Of a stretch of DNA of 64,000 nt, positions 62,692 to 64,000 are shown piece after piece. The translations under genes were made by a program, and so were the position numbers. Each line of letters begins with the position of its first letter. The stretch's first letter is position 1. The notes beneath the pieces were generated by a model, which was given only the letters and a program-made list of their open reading frames with translations, searched no databases and had not been told where the DNA came from. Location of the stretch: sequence record OR805292.1; one strand, given 5' to 3'.

Positions 62692-63162
62692 ATGCTTAAA
62701 AAGCTGTATAACGCAATTTATGCGTTCCTTAACGAACTTGCTTATATAAAATATATAAGATTCTATGTCTTCTTTAAATGTGTTAATAAGCATCATCTAT
62801 CGGAAATACTTCTGTTAAGTAATTTAGCAGGTACAACTATAGGAGCATATAGATTTGAACGTCTCTTAAGCATGGATTATTGCACTATATCGATTGACAT
62901 GCCACTCGACGACGATTATTTTATTGCCTGTAATACAAAAGGAATTATTTCTGTAGCAAAATGTAATCTCATATCAATGAATTTTTATGATTTTAGTACA
63001 CAATTGTCAAGCTATTACTTTTTTAAATACGACAATACACCGAATGGTTCGTTTTTTGTGTATCCATCCAAAAATTATTTAGTACATCCAGAAGTAATAT
63101 CTTATATAAAGAAATATAATAATGAGAGTTTATATAAAAGAACAACGTATTTGCCGGGGTAA
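62692..63162 (+). CDS. Hypothetical protein
   Basis: 156 aa, co-oriented. Confidence 0.6.
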   Translation: MLKKLYNAIYAFLNELAYIKYIRFYVFFKCVNKHHLSEILLLSNLAGTTIGAYRFERLLSMDYCTISIDMPLDDDYFIACNTKGIISVAKCNLISMNFYDFSTQLSSYYFFKYDNTPNGSFFVYPSKNYLVHPEVISYIKKYNNESLYKRTTYLPG

Positions 63163-63361
63163 TGCCGAAATATATGATATTGTTATCAGACAGGAAGGTT
63201 ATTTAGAATTTCTAGAAGAAACAGAAACAGAATACACAGGATTTCTAAATGTTGTTAAAATATACAAATGCTCTGATGGGTATCAAAAACGAATTCATAC
63301 AACAAAACAGAAGTTTTCTTTTCCGAAAGATTCTGACGAAATACTTATAATAGAATTATAG
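63122..63361 (+). CDS. Hypothetical protein
   Basis: 79 aa, overlapping, co-oriented. Confidence 0.55.
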   Translation: MRVYIKEQRICRGNAEIYDIVIRQEGYLEFLEETETEYTGFLNVVKIYKCSDGYQKRIHTTKQKFSFPKDSDEILIIEL

Positions 63362-63371
63362 GAATTTCTGC

Positions 63372-63938
63372 ATGACTACAACTGAGGCAACTCTACTTAG
63401 TCTCGCTATCGCTGCAAGTTGTATGGTAGCAGACAAAATGTATTCTAAAGAATTTGAATACATTACTAACCTTAAACTAAAAGAAGAAAAACTAAAAGAA
63501 GAATTTGCTATAAATGATGAAGATAAAATAAAATCATATATAGCGTTGTGTAAAAGAAGAAAGAATTGCAGGGCAGTAGCAGAAGCAATATATTATGAAG
63601 CGCGTAGTGAATCTAGGATCGGAATGCAAGGTGTAGCATTTACGATATTAAATAGAGCCATGAATCCTACTAGATGGCCCAACACCCCGTACAGTGTGGT
63701 TTACTATAAATGCCAATTTAGTTATACTTGCGACGGCAGTAGAAAACAAGGTTTTAAAGAAAAAGATAAATGGGATTTAGCTAATATAGTAGCATATAGG
63801 GCTATAAATAGACTATCTAGCGATCCCACCAACGGCGCAGATCATTATTATGCACCGCACAGAGTAAGCAAACCGTATTGGGCAAAGAAAATGAGAAAAA
63901 CTGCCAAATTAGGTAATCATGTGTTTTATAAATCGTAA
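63372..63938 (+). CDS. SleB-like cell-wall hydrolase (Hydrolase_2)
   Basis: CRAVAEAIYYEARSE...VAFTILNR...CQFSY...GADHYYA...PYWAK...LGNHVFY; hydrophobic N-terminus. Confidence 0.92.
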   Translation: MTTTEATLLSLAIAASCMVADKMYSKEFEYITNLKLKEEKLKEEFAINDEDKIKSYIALCKRRKNCRAVAEAIYYEARSESRIGMQGVAFTILNRAMNPTRWPNTPYSVVYYKCQFSYTCDGSRKQGFKEKDKWDLANIVAYRAINRLSSDPTNGADHYYAPHRVSKPYWAKKMRKTAKLGNHVFYKS

Positions 63939-63951
63939 TGAGGATTATACT

Positions 63952-64000
63952 ATGGTATGTAAAACAATAACAAAAGAAATGTTTGAAATGCAATATAATA
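63952..64000 (+). CDS. Start of an ORF running off the window
   Basis: GAGG SD and ATG at 63952, open to the edge. Confidence 0.5.
   Translation, partial: MVCKTITKEMFEMQYN

Noticed and set aside
1-64000. tRNA, rRNA or tmRNA genes; stop-codon reassignment
   Set aside because: No cloverleaf or T-loop (GTTCRA) context found by eye; known proteins translate full-length with the standard code.

Overview
A 64-kb segment of an AT-rich jumbo/large dsDNA tailed phage genome (T4-superfamily-like myovirus; taxonomy is inference). Order from left to right: phoH (runs off the left edge), DnaJ and ClpA chaperone genes; a ~20-kb block of giant repeat-rich virion/fibre genes (2236, 1006, 657, 894 aa); a holin-like gene, a cytidyltransferase, and Kelch and LamG proteins. 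Next is a replication block: a DsbA/GapR-like protein, a family-B DNA polymerase fractured by a cysteine-less split intein with a free-standing endonuclease between the halves, a sliding-clamp-like protein and an RNase H/5'-3' exonuclease. Then a 7-deazaguanine-type modification cluster: a TGT/DpdA-like transglycosylase coupled to a glycosyltransferase, plus QueD-like, QueE, PRTase and a truncated epimerase. Further right: a GC-rich MoxR AAA+/VWA-metallopeptidase pair split by an insert, an HNH nuclease, a minus-strand block, a 1.2-1.6 kb ORF-free divergent region, an AAA+ ATPase, two degenerate oxidoreductases and a SleB-like cell-wall hydrolase. The ORF-free region holds a sigma70-driven, ~610-nt, densely base-paired candidate ncRNA followed by an AT-rich origin-like tract. 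No tRNA, rRNA or CRISPR array was found. The best leads are the large structured ncRNA, the deazaguanine-plus-glycosyltransferase cluster and the cysteine-less split intein. All protein family calls come from motif recognition by eye, not database searches.
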